Origin: an uncultured Verrucomicrobiae bacterium
GTDB taxonomy: Bacteria > Verrucomicrobiota > Verrucomicrobiia > Chthoniobacterales > JAFAMB01
Direction: 5' to 3'
Assembly: GCA_963762565.1 (NCBI GenBank)
Contig: CAVXLD010000003.1
Span: 416,001 to 480,000, forward strand
DNA length: 64,000 nucleotides
In this document: positions 40,619 through 51,080 of the stretch, one piece after another
Numbering within the stretch: position 1 is the stretch's first letter
How the letters are laid out: each line of letters opens with the position of its first letter
Translations under genes and position numbers: made by a program
Notes under the pieces: model-generated
Database searches by the model: none
Seen by the model: the letters and a program-made list of their open reading frames with translations, nothing else
Told to the model about the DNA's origin: nothing

Positions 40619-41271
40619 CTTGGGACTGGAGGAACTAACTCTGGATGGAGCGAATGAAATCTGGGAAACCAGCGAGCGGTTACCTTACGATAAAAATAAG
40701 TCAGAAGGGTGAAACAGGTTAGTGCGAAACCTACCCCTGCGAACACGGAAATTAGGATATCCGAAGGCCAATGAGAGCCACAATAGATGCGAGAGTAGCA
40801 GATCAAGGCGGCTGGAAAGATGTAAAGGGCGCCCAAGCGTCCGAAGAATAGGATCGCGAGCGTGGCGAGCAGGGAATTATTAACGGCATGTCCGGAAGGG
40901 AACGACCGGCCAGTGATCTGCTCGCTCGGATCCGGGGAGAAGAGAACATCCGGAGCTCTAAAAACGGCGAGTACCTGCGGATGGGTCCGAACGAGAGCGA
41001 CTTCTCGGACGTCTGCTAGCGCTTGCACAGGGCGTGGGCGGTCCACCAAGTGCTTAGTGATTTGGGTGAAGATCCCGTCGGCTACGCCCAGAGTAATCAA
41101 GGTTGCAAAGATGAAGGCTCGCCAGCGAAACCCGCCCCGCCACAATAGCAAGGGGATTAAAATGAACAGAAGCGGCCGCCACAGGTCGAAGTTGGACATT
41201 ATGGCCATCAGCCAGTCTAGGAATGGGTTTGTCCATTGTCTGTTGATGAGAAAAAGAAGCTTGGTGTCCAT
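40615..41271 (-). CDS. PAP2 family membrane phosphatase
   Basis: K....RPRP, SFPSGH, SRIYCGSHWPSD. Confidence 0.93.
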   Translation of the reverse strand: MDTKLLFLINRQWTNPFLDWLMAIMSNFDLWRPLLFILIPLLLWRGGFRWRAFIFATLITLGVADGIFTQITKHLVDRPRPVQALADVREVALVRTHPQVLAVFRAPDVLFSPDPSEQITGRSFPSGHAVNNSLLATLAILFFGRLGALYIFPAALICYSRIYCGSHWPSDILISVFAGVGFALTCFTLLTYFYRKVTARWFPRFHSLHPELVPPVPR

Positions 41272-41348
41272 CTCTGGTCAGCCTGCATCGGCCATCCACG
41301 TTCGCCATTTTGCGAGCGGAGCGAGCGTAAGCTAAGGATTGGTTATTG

Positions 41349-42026
41349 ATGAAACAAGTAAAGAAATTGGCTCTGGGCCTTCTCGCGGTTGTGTTGATCA
41401 GCCAGAGCGTAGCTCGCGCGGATGAACAAGCGGCCCAGATCTTAAGCGGGATTCGGTTGGCTGATATCTCTCAGGAGCTAGACGGACGTCTACGTAAACA
41501 AGATGGAACCACTGTTCTGTTCAAGCTGCGAGCGGGAAGCGATGAATTGATTTTTAGTTTCAGCAACCCGACCGAAGTATTGCGGCTCACCCTGAATGAT
41601 AACGGATCAAACCTGACTTTGCAGTCCGGGGACAGGGAACGCACCATCAGCGGTGCAAGATTGAACGATTCCGTCCGCGGGACTGATATCACCTATCAGG
41701 ATTTAGCTTTGCGCTTCTTGTATTGGAAAAATTCCCGGGTCGAAGGTGAACAGAACATCCGGACGTTTCCGTGTTGGATGATTTTGTTGCAGCAGAATAA
41801 CCCCGCCATCGCCTACGCTTCTGTTAGAGTCTGGGTCGCCAAGGAAAGTGGTGCGCTGTTGCGCGCAGAAGCCTTCGATACGCAGGGTCGGGTGCTAAAA
41901 AAATTTGAGGTGATTTCAGGCCAGAAAATCGAGGGCAAATGGTTCCTGAAACAGATGCGAATCGAACGATACGATCCGGCGAGCGGGAATCTCGCTTCGC
42001 GGACGTACTTGGAGATAAGCGGGTGA
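41349..42026 (+). CDS. LolA-like outer-membrane lipoprotein-sorting protein
   Basis: Signal peptide; GTDITYQDL, Y..VRVWV, E.FD..G.V.K. Confidence 0.75.
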   Translation: MKQVKKLALGLLAVVLISQSVARADEQAAQILSGIRLADISQELDGRLRKQDGTTVLFKLRAGSDELIFSFSNPTEVLRLTLNDNGSNLTLQSGDRERTISGARLNDSVRGTDITYQDLALRFLYWKNSRVEGEQNIRTFPCWMILLQQNNPAIAYASVRVWVAKESGALLRAEAFDTQGRVLKKFEVISGQKIEGKWFLKQMRIERYDPASGNLASRTYLEISG

Positions 42027-42086
42027 AGCGGCTTGGGAATGCTGTGAGAGGGTGATTGGTGATTGGTGATTGGTTGGGCGAGGTGA

Positions 42087-42347
42087 GGGGTCGCCACCCG
42101 TGGAGCGCTGCCTCGCTTGCGAGGCCGTGGTGAGCAGGGAGATTTCGTCAGGTGCTGTCCTTTTGAGCGCAGCGCTCTATTGTTTAGCAATTGAGAACAG
42201 CGACGAAGTTAGGAGACATCGTGTTCGCATGCAGGATCGGGTACCGGTTTCAACCAGCGCGAGACAGAGCGTAGATAGGTGAACGGCCTGCCCGATGGTA
42301 TCCCCTTGCTCACCACGGCCTCGCAAGCGAGGCGCGCTCCACGGGTG
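42087..42347. repeat. Family A inverted doublet (REPIN-like)
   Basis: Arms 42087-42137 and 42306-42347. Confidence 0.88.
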
Positions 42348-42410
42348 CCGACCGCAGGGTTGACATCCCTCTCCCACTCAATAGTTTAGCAAACCTTTTT
42401 TTGTACGGTC

Positions 42411-43229
42411 ATGAGGACCCCCGGGTTGTTTTTGCAGATATTTTTTGGATTGGTCGTTACCTCGAACTCCCAGCCGGCAGCGCAAGGAGGAGCTGAGACA
42501 CCGAATAGCTTTATCGATAACGCAATGAAGCTGCGGGAAGAAGTGCTCTTCAAATTGGAGCCAGGCGGCTTCCAACGCGGCCTTGCCGATACGAATACCG
42601 GCAAATATTTTTGGCACACCGATATCGTCACCACGACCTTCTGGATCGGCGAGACGTCGAGCGGAAATAATCCAGTACCGAATGAAGCAAGCGCCTGGGA
42701 TTTGAATTGGTCGCGTAACTACGGGGGACTGGATCTCCCTCAGAGCGGCGACCGCCAGGGATTTTTGCCGGTGAAATTTGTTCCCCGGCAAAACCCGTTT
42801 TACATCGCGCTGCCGTACAATGATGTAGCCGGTGGAAAAACCAAACCGGAGGCCCCAAAAATAATTCCTTGGTTCAAAGCGACGTTTGTCAGGTCGGGAC
42901 AGACGGTATTGAAAGGACGCTGGCTGGCGGTGCGAAAAGGAAACCGGACATGCTATGCCCAATGGGAAGATGTAGGTCCGTTTCAGACCGACCATTGGGA
43001 ATATGTGTTCGGGAATGATCGACCTCGGCCCAACCTCAATCGGGGAGCCGGGCTGGATATATCACCGGCCGTGCGGGATTATCTTCACGGGCAACCGACC
43101 GACATGACAGATTGGAAGTTTGTCGAATCGGCAGAAGTTCCCCCTGGTCCGTGGACTCTCTACGGCGACAACAACACTTTCGTGATCGACCGGCGCAAGC
43201 GCGAACAAGAGATCGCGAGGCGGCAGTAG
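42411..43229 (+). CDS. Secreted hypothetical protein, possible double-psi beta-barrel glycan-active fold
   Basis: Signal peptide; NPFYIALPYND, CYAQWEDVGPF, GLDISPAV. Confidence 0.65.
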   Translation: MRTPGLFLQIFFGLVVTSNSQPAAQGGAETPNSFIDNAMKLREEVLFKLEPGGFQRGLADTNTGKYFWHTDIVTTTFWIGETSSGNNPVPNEASAWDLNWSRNYGGLDLPQSGDRQGFLPVKFVPRQNPFYIALPYNDVAGGKTKPEAPKIIPWFKATFVRSGQTVLKGRWLAVRKGNRTCYAQWEDVGPFQTDHWEYVFGNDRPRPNLNRGAGLDISPAVRDYLHGQPTDMTDWKFVESAEVPPGPWTLYGDNNTFVIDRRKREQEIARRQ

Positions 43230-43507
43230 GGTGCGAAACGGCGAAGGGGCGAGTGGGCGAAAGGGCGAGTCTCTTCTGGAGCGCGGCTTGACGATGTGCG
43301 TGTGGCAGGTCCCTGACGTGGAAGGGCGCGCGTCCTCGCGCGCCGCGAATGGGTCTGTATCGTTGAAATACCGAACGCCTTGCTTGGTCTGCGCTCGGCT
43401 TCGCGAAAAACGGATCGCGGGGACGCGATCCCTCCCCTGAACGATACGCGGCAATCGTAACTCGCAACCCGCAACGCCTAACCCATAACTCCTAACCGCA
43501 CCCCGCC

Positions 43508-43825
43508 CTAGTATCCCCAAAAGCGGATCGTGTCGCCTTCTTCGTAAACTCTCTGGAAACGACCTCTCGGCGTATCGATCACCAGATTGAGGTATTTCGT
43601 CTCGCCTTTATAGGGGTCAAACCCGAAAGTTTTGTTTTCCACGTCCATCTCGGCGGCGGGCAACACGTAGCGACGTACGATTCCGGTTACGTCGACGTAG
43701 TGGCCGTAGACGCCATAGGATGCGCTGACGACTCGACCGACCGGGGCCCATACATCGGCTCGACCAATCGCCGGTGTGGTCATCGCCACCACTAAAAACA
43801 GGGATAGGAACCAACTTCTCTGCAT
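43508..43825 (-). CDS. Small secreted protein (lectin/DUF3395-like)
   Basis: Signal peptide; VSASYG...DVT, FG.DP..G..K.L. Confidence 0.7.
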   Translation of the reverse strand: MQRSWFLSLFLVVAMTTPAIGRADVWAPVGRVVSASYGVYGHYVDVTGIVRRYVLPAAEMDVENKTFGFDPYKGETKYLNLVIDTPRGRFQRVYEEGDTIRFWGY

Positions 43826-44152
43826 AGGGAAAACTAAATTCCAATCTGCAAAAATCACGCCTAGAACGCGTAGCGGTCAAAAGTGTATACGTGCGGTAGC
43901 CGTGACGGGTTACCGGTTGCGAAAGGGCGGCTGTTGCCTCGGAACACATTGCGTCTCGGTCTCGGTCGCCGTTCTTAACCGATAAATAATAAAGCGCTGC
44001 ACGAGGAAGGACAGCATAGAAGAAATCTCCTTGCTTACCACGGCCTCGCAAGCGAGGCAGCGCTCCACGGGGTGGCGACCCCTCTTTCCACCAATCACCA
44101 ATCACTTCTCACTTCTCACACGAGGAGTCGCCTCGTTATAGTCCGGGTCGGC

Positions 44153-44827
44153 ATGCGCCTTATTATGGACATTGAGCCTCTAGACAACATAGGGAGTTCG
44201 ACGCGTGAGCGCGTCTGTGGGTCTGCTTGGCCGGGGATAATCTCCGGAGTTTTTTCGTTGGTACTATTTGGTTGGTCCAGCTTTGAGAGAGCTGAAGCTC
44301 AGGGCACGCCGGCAGCTCAAGCCACGCCGGCCCCCACCCACGAAGCGAAGCCGAGTAGCACACCGGCTCAAGCAGGTACCGCTCATCCCGAAAAAGCGGA
44401 ACTCCCGCCGGGTCAAAATATCAAGGTCCAGACGAGTCCCAAGGTGACCGAAGTGTTGAACAGCCCGCCTCTCATCATTAAGGACGACGACACCCAGCTG
44501 ATTCGCCTCAAGAAAATGCGATTCAACATGGCGCTCACCGAGGCGAAAGATCGCTATACTTTGTTCAAGAAAGGCCTGATCAAGCTTTATGACCTGATCG
44601 ATGTGGGCCAGCGGGTTCTAGCTGCGCAGGCGGATTTAGCACAAAGCCCGGAAGGACGGGCGGACGTTCTGCAGAAGCAACTCGAGATTTACGCGGAAGC
44701 CGAAGACAACTTGGAGAAGCAAATCAAGGAAGGCAAAGGGGAGAACGCCGATTTAGATCACTTGCGCTACCAGCGGCTTGGTGTGGAAATTGATCTGGAA
44801 ATTCTTCGGCGCGGTCTGGCCGAATGA
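44153..44827 (+). CDS. Secreted helical hypothetical protein
   Basis: Signal/TM segment, P/A/T-rich linker, coiled-coil C-terminus. Confidence 0.65.
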   Translation: MRLIMDIEPLDNIGSSTRERVCGSAWPGIISGVFSLVLFGWSSFERAEAQGTPAAQATPAPTHEAKPSSTPAQAGTAHPEKAELPPGQNIKVQTSPKVTEVLNSPPLIIKDDDTQLIRLKKMRFNMALTEAKDRYTLFKKGLIKLYDLIDVGQRVLAAQADLAQSPEGRADVLQKQLEIYAEAEDNLEKQIKEGKGENADLDHLRYQRLGVEIDLEILRRGLAE

Positions 44828-44870
44828 GGCTATTCCCATTTTTCACAACGAAACATTCTTGAACATCACC

Positions 44871-45770
44871 ATGAAACCGCACCGACTTTTGTTCCTCCTC
44901 CTTAGCGTTTGCTGCCTCTCGATTCCGGTTCTAGGTCAGGAAAAACCGGGTGGAACTTTGCAGAAGATCAAAGATGCCGGCGTGATCGTGATCGGCACCC
45001 GCGAATCGTCCATTCCGTTCTCGTACTACGATGAGAACAACCAGGTGGTCGGCTACTCCCAAGACCTGGCTAATCTGGTAGTGGCAGCGGTGAAACAGAA
45101 GCTGAATCTGCCAAACCTGCGCGTAAAACTCGTCCCGGTCACCTCGCAAACGCGCATCCCGCTGATACAAAACGGTTCGATTGATCTGGAGTCGGGCTCG
45201 ACGACGAACAACCTCGAGCGGGAACAGCAGGTTAGTTTTTCGGACACATTTTTCATGATCAGCACCCGGTTGCTCGTCAACAAGAACTCCGGTATCAAGG
45301 ATTTTTCCGATCTGAAGGGCAAGAACGTAGTGGTGACGGCAGGGACGACATCGGAAAAGTTGATCCGGGAAATGAACGATAAGGACAACATGGGAATGCA
45401 AATCATCGCCGCCAAAGACCATGGGGAATCCTTTCTGATTCTTCAGAGCGGACGAGCAGCCGCTTTTATGCTGGATGACGCGTTGTTGGCGGGGGAACGC
45501 GCTAAGGCTCGGAATCCAAGCGACTGGATGATCGTGGGCACTCCGCAGTCCAGAGAAGCCTATGGAATGATGCTAAAGAAGGACGACACGGAATTTAAGG
45601 CGGTGGCGGATGCCGCGATCGCGGAAGCGGAAAAAAACGGAACTGCAGCAACTCTTTATAATAAGTGGTTCATGTCGCCGATCCCGCCGAAGGGGCTCAA
45701 TCTGAATCTCCCGATTAGCGACGACATGAAGGCGCTCTTTGAGAATCCGAACGATAAACCTCTTCAGTGA
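44871..45770 (+). CDS. gltI: Glutamate/aspartate ABC substrate-binding protein
   Basis: RESSIPFSY, VTSQTRIPL, GSTTNN.ER, GTTSE, KWFMSPIPPKG. Confidence 0.92.
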   Translation: MKPHRLLFLLLSVCCLSIPVLGQEKPGGTLQKIKDAGVIVIGTRESSIPFSYYDENNQVVGYSQDLANLVVAAVKQKLNLPNLRVKLVPVTSQTRIPLIQNGSIDLESGSTTNNLEREQQVSFSDTFFMISTRLLVNKNSGIKDFSDLKGKNVVVTAGTTSEKLIREMNDKDNMGMQIIAAKDHGESFLILQSGRAAAFMLDDALLAGERAKARNPSDWMIVGTPQSREAYGMMLKKDDTEFKAVADAAIAEAEKNGTAATLYNKWFMSPIPPKGLNLNLPISDDMKALFENPNDKPLQ

Positions 45771-45894
45771 GAAGTGAGAAGTGAGAGGTGAGATGTGAGA
45801 AGTGAGAGGTGAACGACGCCGTCCTTCGATCGCGATCAAGGATGGCAATGATCTCGCTCCGAGGCCCAAGTATTAACTTTTTAACTCCTCTATC

Positions 45895-46731
45895 TTGCAC
45901 ACCCTGGTTCTTACTTCATTTGGCGCGTTTACGGCCTTGTCGCAGGCCAATCACTTCTCACTTCTCACCTCTCACTTCTCACCGTCGGCGCTGATAGCCG
46001 CGTTCGACTTCAACGTCTTCCTGCAGCCGAGTCCGGAAGGCGCAATAAATAACCTGACCTATCTGTTGTTCGGCCTAGGCTGGAGTTTACTTTTGGCCTT
46101 GGCCAGCTGGGTGGTGGCCTTTGTGGTTGGATCGATCGTGGGCGTGATGCGGACACTACCAGGCCGAGTCTTACCAAGCATCGGAACTTGCTACGTTGAG
46201 CTCTTTAGAAATGTGCCCTTGTTGGTGCAACTGTTTGTTTGGTTCTTCGTGATTCCTGATCTCACGCCGATTCTCGGTGATTGGTTCAAACAACAATTGA
46301 CGCCCGTGTGGCAGGAATTCGCGAGCGGCACGGCTTGTCTTGGGCTATTCACCGCAGCTCGAATTGCGGAACAAGTTCGTTCCGGGATCGGAGCACTTGG
46401 GCCTGGCCAGCTGGGAGCGGGTCTGGCGCTCGGTTTGCGCAGAAGACAGGTCTACGTCCTGGTTTTACTTCCGGTTGCGTACCGCATTCTAATCCCGACG
46501 CTGACCTCCGAGTTTTTGAACCTGATAAAGAACACCGCGGTCGCCTCCACCATCGGATATGTCGAGCTAGCCCAACGCAGCGCCACCATGGCCGATATGA
46601 CGTCGAGGATTTATGAAGCGTTCACTGCCGCTACTGTGTTGTATGCAGCGCTCAATCTGGTGGTGATGCTGGCTGCGCGAATCTTGGAGCGATCCACGGC
46701 TTTACCCGGTTTCCTGGGGGGCCGGAAATAG
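45895..46731 (+). CDS. gltJ: Glu/Asp ABC permease (start uncertain)
   Basis: YVELFRNVPLLVQ, FTAARIAEQVRSGI, PTLTSEFLN. Confidence 0.88.
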   Translation: MHTLVLTSFGAFTALSQANHFSLLTSHFSPSALIAAFDFNVFLQPSPEGAINNLTYLLFGLGWSLLLALASWVVAFVVGSIVGVMRTLPGRVLPSIGTCYVELFRNVPLLVQLFVWFFVIPDLTPILGDWFKQQLTPVWQEFASGTACLGLFTAARIAEQVRSGIGALGPGQLGAGLALGLRRRQVYVLVLLPVAYRILIPTLTSEFLNLIKNTAVASTIGYVELAQRSATMADMTSRIYEAFTAATVLYAALNLVVMLAARILERSTALPGFLGGRK

Positions 46732-46732
46732 T

Positions 46733-47407
46733 ATGCCTTTTGACTGGAGCTCGATTTCTCGCTCCCTGCCTTTTCTTTGGCAGGGCATGGTAACCACCCT
46801 TCAGATTACCCTGATCGCTGTACTCATCGCCATCCTCATCGGCACCCTGCTGGCAATGATGCGATTGTCGGCCAACCGGCTTCTTTCGTGGCTAGCTGCC
46901 GGTTATGTGACGGTCTTCCGCTCAATCCCATTGGTGATGGTTTTATTCTGGTTCCATCTAATCTTGATTCCCCTGGTCGCCGGTCTGCTTTTTCCCGGTA
47001 AGCAATTGGAATTGCGGTTTCTTACCGCGCTCACCGCTTTCTCGCTTTTTGAGGCTTCGTATTATGCCGAGATTATCCGGGCCGGGATCTTGAGCGTGAC
47101 CGAAGGGCAATTCAATGCCGCTTTAGCGCTCGGCATGAGCCGGGGTCAAGTGATGCGATTGGTGATCATTCCCCAGGCTTTGCGCCGCATGACACCGCTC
47201 CTATTGACCCAGGCAATTATTCTTTTTCAGGATACGACGCTCGTCTATGTCATCAGCCTGGATGATTTTTTTCGGAGGGCCTATAACATTGGAAACCGCG
47301 ACGGCACCCTCAATGAGCTCATTCTTTTTGCGGGAGCAGTCTATCTCGTGATTTGTACGTGTGCGTCCGGTTGTGTCCGGCAAATGCAGAAGAAGCTAGC
47401 TTCTTAA
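46733..47407 (+). CDS. gltK: Glu/Asp ABC permease
   Basis: FRSIPLVMV, FEASYYAEIIRAG, IILFQDT. Confidence 0.9.
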   Translation: MPFDWSSISRSLPFLWQGMVTTLQITLIAVLIAILIGTLLAMMRLSANRLLSWLAAGYVTVFRSIPLVMVLFWFHLILIPLVAGLLFPGKQLELRFLTALTAFSLFEASYYAEIIRAGILSVTEGQFNAALALGMSRGQVMRLVIIPQALRRMTPLLLTQAIILFQDTTLVYVISLDDFFRRAYNIGNRDGTLNELILFAGAVYLVICTCASGCVRQMQKKLAS

Positions 47408-47426
47408 CCGTGAATGTTCCTGAAAC

Positions 47427-48182
47427 ATGATTCAAAGCGACCAGCAAAGCGGCACGATATCGATCCGGAACGTTTCGAAATGGTATGGTGAGTTCCAGGC
47501 TTTGAACAAATGTTCAACTGAGGTTCAGAAGGGCGAGGTGGTCGTCATCTGCGGGCCTTCGGGCTCAGGTAAATCGACCTTAATCAAGTGCGTGAATGGG
47601 CTGGAGACAATCCAAGAGGGTGAGATTTTCGTGGATGGTCTTTCCGTGTCAGCTCGAAAGACCGATTTACCAAAACTAAGAGCACGCGTTGGGATGGTGT
47701 TTCAGCATTTCGAGCTTTTTCCTCATCTAACCATTTTGAACAATATCACGCTCGCTCAATGCCGGGTGCTGGGTAGATCCAAGCAGCAAGCGGTAGATAA
47801 GGCGGTTCAGTTACTCGAGATGGTAGGACTGGCGGAGCAACGGCCGAAATTTCCGGCTCAGCTTTCCGGCGGGCAGCAACAACGAGTCGCGATTGCGCGG
47901 GCACTGGCGATGGACCCGGTCGCGATGCTATTTGATGAACCAACTTCAGCTTTGGATCCGGAAATGATTAACGAGGTCTTGGATGTGATGGTGAATTTAG
48001 CTCAATCCGGGATGACCATGCTAGTGGTCACTCACGAGATGGGCTTCGCTAAGCGAGTCGCCGATCGGGTGATCTTCATGGATCGCGGTGAAATAGTGGA
48101 GGACCAGCCGAAACAAACGTTCTTCGAAAATCCTGCTACCGATCGTGCGCGACAATTTTTGTCGAAGATACTGACGCATTAG
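47427..48182 (+). CDS. gltL: Glu/Asp ABC ATPase
   Basis: [27 protein letters not shown]. Confidence 0.92.
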   Translation: MIQSDQQSGTISIRNVSKWYGEFQALNKCSTEVQKGEVVVICGPSGSGKSTLIKCVNGLETIQEGEIFVDGLSVSARKTDLPKLRARVGMVFQHFELFPHLTILNNITLAQCRVLGRSKQQAVDKAVQLLEMVGLAEQRPKFPAQLSGGQQQRVAIARALAMDPVAMLFDEPTSALDPEMINEVLDVMVNLAQSGMTMLVVTHEMGFAKRVADRVIFMDRGEIVEDQPKQTFFENPATDRARQFLSKILTH

Positions 48183-48529
48183 GTTGCGGTGGTAGGGCGA
48201 GGCTCCACTGCGACCGAAATGCCTCGCAAGGTCTGTAAAACAATCTGATTCGTGATGTGCCACGTCCGGCACTGCCGAGCCGAGATCCCAGGACGCCACA
48301 ATACACGATGACGTTTCTGTATCGCAGAGTGCACGAGGGAACCCAACCACGAATGCGCGAAATAAGCACGAATCAAGAGTAGGGTGCCTTTTCGCTTCGG
48401 TTGGATCATGGGCGGCGGCTCGGCGGTCTGTTCGAGCTGCAGATCAGGGATTCGCCTGAGCCATTACCCTTGCGGCTTCTTTGGGTTGTACGGGAGCCTC
48501 GCCGTACCAAGTCGGACCCCGATTCAGTC

Positions 48530-48557
48530 TTGACCTACCGGATGGTTGATACATAAT
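48530..48557 (+). promoter_or_regulatory. Possible sigma70 promoter of the MFS gene
   Basis: TTGACC-N16-CATAAT. Confidence 0.45.
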
Positions 48558-48660
48558 CACCACCCAAGCTGACCGGAGACGAGGCCTTGGGACCAATCCG
48601 GAATCCTTCGGAATCGTTCCCAGAGACTCGCTAACGGGAAAGCGGACCCCCCAGAAAATT

Positions 48661-50376
48661 ATGTCAACTTCTGACGCTGTTTCGCAGTCGAATGGTGAAC
48701 TTCAAGCCAAACATCGGTTGGTCATCATCGCCTCATCTCTCGGTACTGTTTTCGAATGGTACGATTTTTATCTTTACGCGGTTCTGGCGCTGTTTTTTAG
48801 CGGCTTATTTTTTCCCTCCGGCAATCCGGTCGCCTCGAATCTGGCTGCGTTAGCGACATTCGGCGCAGGATTTGGTGTGAGGCCGTTTGGCGCGATTGTG
48901 TTCGGACGGATTGGTGACATCGTCGGGCGCAAATACACGTTTCTAATCACGATCGTGGTCATGGGTCTATCCACGGCGTTGGTTGGACTTTTGCCGACTT
49001 ATGCGCCGGCAGGTGGTTGGCCCGGGATCGGTATTTGGGCGCCGATTCTATTAGTAACCCTGCGTCTCGCGCAAGGTCTGGCGCTCGGCGGCGAGTATGG
49101 TGGTGCGGCCACGTACGTGGCGGAACATGCCCCGAAGGGGAAGAGAGGACTGTTCACCAGCTGGATTCAAACCACTGCTACCATTGGTTTTTTCCTGGCA
49201 TTGGTGATTATTTTGATCCTGAGGAGGTCGCTTGCGGAAGCCGATTTCAAGGCGTGGGGATGGCGTATTCCATTCCTCTTGTCGGTCATTCTCCTAGGTA
49301 TCTCCGTTTATATCCGCTTGAAACTGCAGGAGTCGCCAATCTTTGCCGAGATTAAGGCCCAGGGGAGAGCCTCTAAAACCCCGTTGCGCGATAGTTTCTT
49401 TACCCAACCCAATGCGCGTTATGTTTGGTTAGCCCTATTTGGAGCTACCGCCGGCCAGGGAGTCATTTGGTACACCGGCCAGTTCCAAGCCCTTTTCTTT
49501 TTGACCGGCGTCCTGAAACTTAACTACGAGATCGCTTATTACTTGATCGGGTTCTCGTTGCTGGTCGCATTCCCGCTTTTCTTATTTTTCGGTTGGCTGT
49601 CGGATCGTATCGGCCGCAAACCGATTATGCTGGCGGCTTGCCTACTGGCGGTGGTTACGTACATCCCGCTTTTTCATGCCCTAACTGGTTGTGTGAACCC
49701 GGCGCTGGAAGCGGCGCAGCAGAAATCGCCGGTCGTACTACATACCAGCGAGTTTAGCGGGTTCGGAAATAAGATTTGGGTAACGATCGTCGACGCGTTC
49801 CAACAGTATCAGCCGACGGGTGACGCGGCTGTGAGCGCCAAAGCGCGAGTCTATCTGGCCAAGCGCGGTGTTCCCTTCGAAATACAACCGGCTCTACCGG
49901 ACGCTCCGGTTTCGTTAACGGTAGGCGACAAAGCTTTGACCGGATTCAAAGATGCCGACTACGAAGCGGCGGTAACCGCAGCGGGCTATCCAAAGGCGGC
50001 AAATCCGGCTGAGGTTAATTACATTGGCGCTGAGCTCGTTCTCCTGGTGTTCATCGTCTATGTGACCATGGTTTACGGACCGATTGCCGCGTTTTTGGTT
50101 GAACTGTTTCCGACCAGGATCCGCTACACGTCAATGTCGTTCCCGTACCATATTGGTAACGGCTGGTTTGGTGGATTTTTGCCTTTGATCATCGCGTCGA
50201 TTACGGCAGCCACCGGCAACATTTATGCGGGCTTCTGGTATCCGATCGGGGTAGCGTTGATGACGCTGATCATTGGTGGAGTGTTCATTCGGGAGACCAA
50301 GAACCGCGATATCCGCAGCGAGACCACCGGAGCAGAGGAGGCGGTGCCAGAAGGGCCAGATCCTGCGTTGGCCTGA
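48661..50376 (+). CDS. MFS metabolite:H+ symporter with large periplasmic loop
   Basis: ASSLGTVFEWYDF, GGEYGGAATYVAE, ELFPTRIRYTSMS; upstream of acs. Confidence 0.92.
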   Translation: MSTSDAVSQSNGELQAKHRLVIIASSLGTVFEWYDFYLYAVLALFFSGLFFPSGNPVASNLAALATFGAGFGVRPFGAIVFGRIGDIVGRKYTFLITIVVMGLSTALVGLLPTYAPAGGWPGIGIWAPILLVTLRLAQGLALGGEYGGAATYVAEHAPKGKRGLFTSWIQTTATIGFFLALVIILILRRSLAEADFKAWGWRIPFLLSVILLGISVYIRLKLQESPIFAEIKAQGRASKTPLRDSFFTQPNARYVWLALFGATAGQGVIWYTGQFQALFFLTGVLKLNYEIAYYLIGFSLLVAFPLFLFFGWLSDRIGRKPIMLAACLLAVVTYIPLFHALTGCVNPALEAAQQKSPVVLHTSEFSGFGNKIWVTIVDAFQQYQPTGDAAVSAKARVYLAKRGVPFEIQPALPDAPVSLTVGDKALTGFKDADYEAAVTAAGYPKAANPAEVNYIGAELVLLVFIVYVTMVYGPIAAFLVELFPTRIRYTSMSFPYHIGNGWFGGFLPLIIASITAATGNIYAGFWYPIGVALMTLIIGGVFIRETKNRDIRSETTGAEEAVPEGPDPALA

Positions 50377-50455
50377 CGAGTTTATAGTTGACGGTTTGTG
50401 GTTTGTCGCTGGCGGGTTGACGGCTTGCAGCTAAAAAAGGTTGTTGGTTCTAGTT

Positions 50456-50488
50456 CGGGCCCGCGGGTAACGCGGGCCCGTTTGTTTT
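50456..50488 (+). terminator. Rho-independent terminator
   Basis: CGGGCCCGCG-GGTAA-CGCGGGCCCG followed by TTTGTTTT. Confidence 0.8.
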
Positions 50489-51080
50489 CTAGGCATCATT
50501 GCCAGGGATGCGGGTTGCCTAGATTGCGCGAGGGGGTGTAATTCGGGGAGGGCGCGCGTCCTCGCGCGCCGCGAGGACGTGTTTAGAACCCGAACGTGTA
50601 TTGTCATCCTGGATTACAAAACGTGCTGGGCATGGGCAACAATCCCGCGGCCGCGGGACGGGGACGCGATCCCTCCCATGCGTAGAGCCTGCCCGTGATA
50701 CAGACTTGGCGCGAATTATTCTATCGTAGCGCGATTGTATCGGAAGGCGATATGCGCTTGTATATCTGCAATTGATTAGTTCAGTGTACCTCCCAGGTAA
50801 CACGTTGTGTGCAAAAGCGTTATCGCAACGGCTTTTTCGGCCCCTGCGGACAGCTAACTTTCCCACACTCCGCGTGGCCGGATTCGAGGACAGCCTGTCC
50901 GACGAAGCCTATGCTCTATGTTGCCAACCGCTCGAAGTCGGCCTCGCAAGCGAGGCGCGCTCCACAACCAGGCGTTGGCGAAGGCGGAAGGACGACGACG
51001 AGGACGAGAAACGAAGCCCTTGCATCCACCAAAAAGACTTGATAAGCAGCCGCAAAGAAGCGACCTGAAAGGAACTCCCC

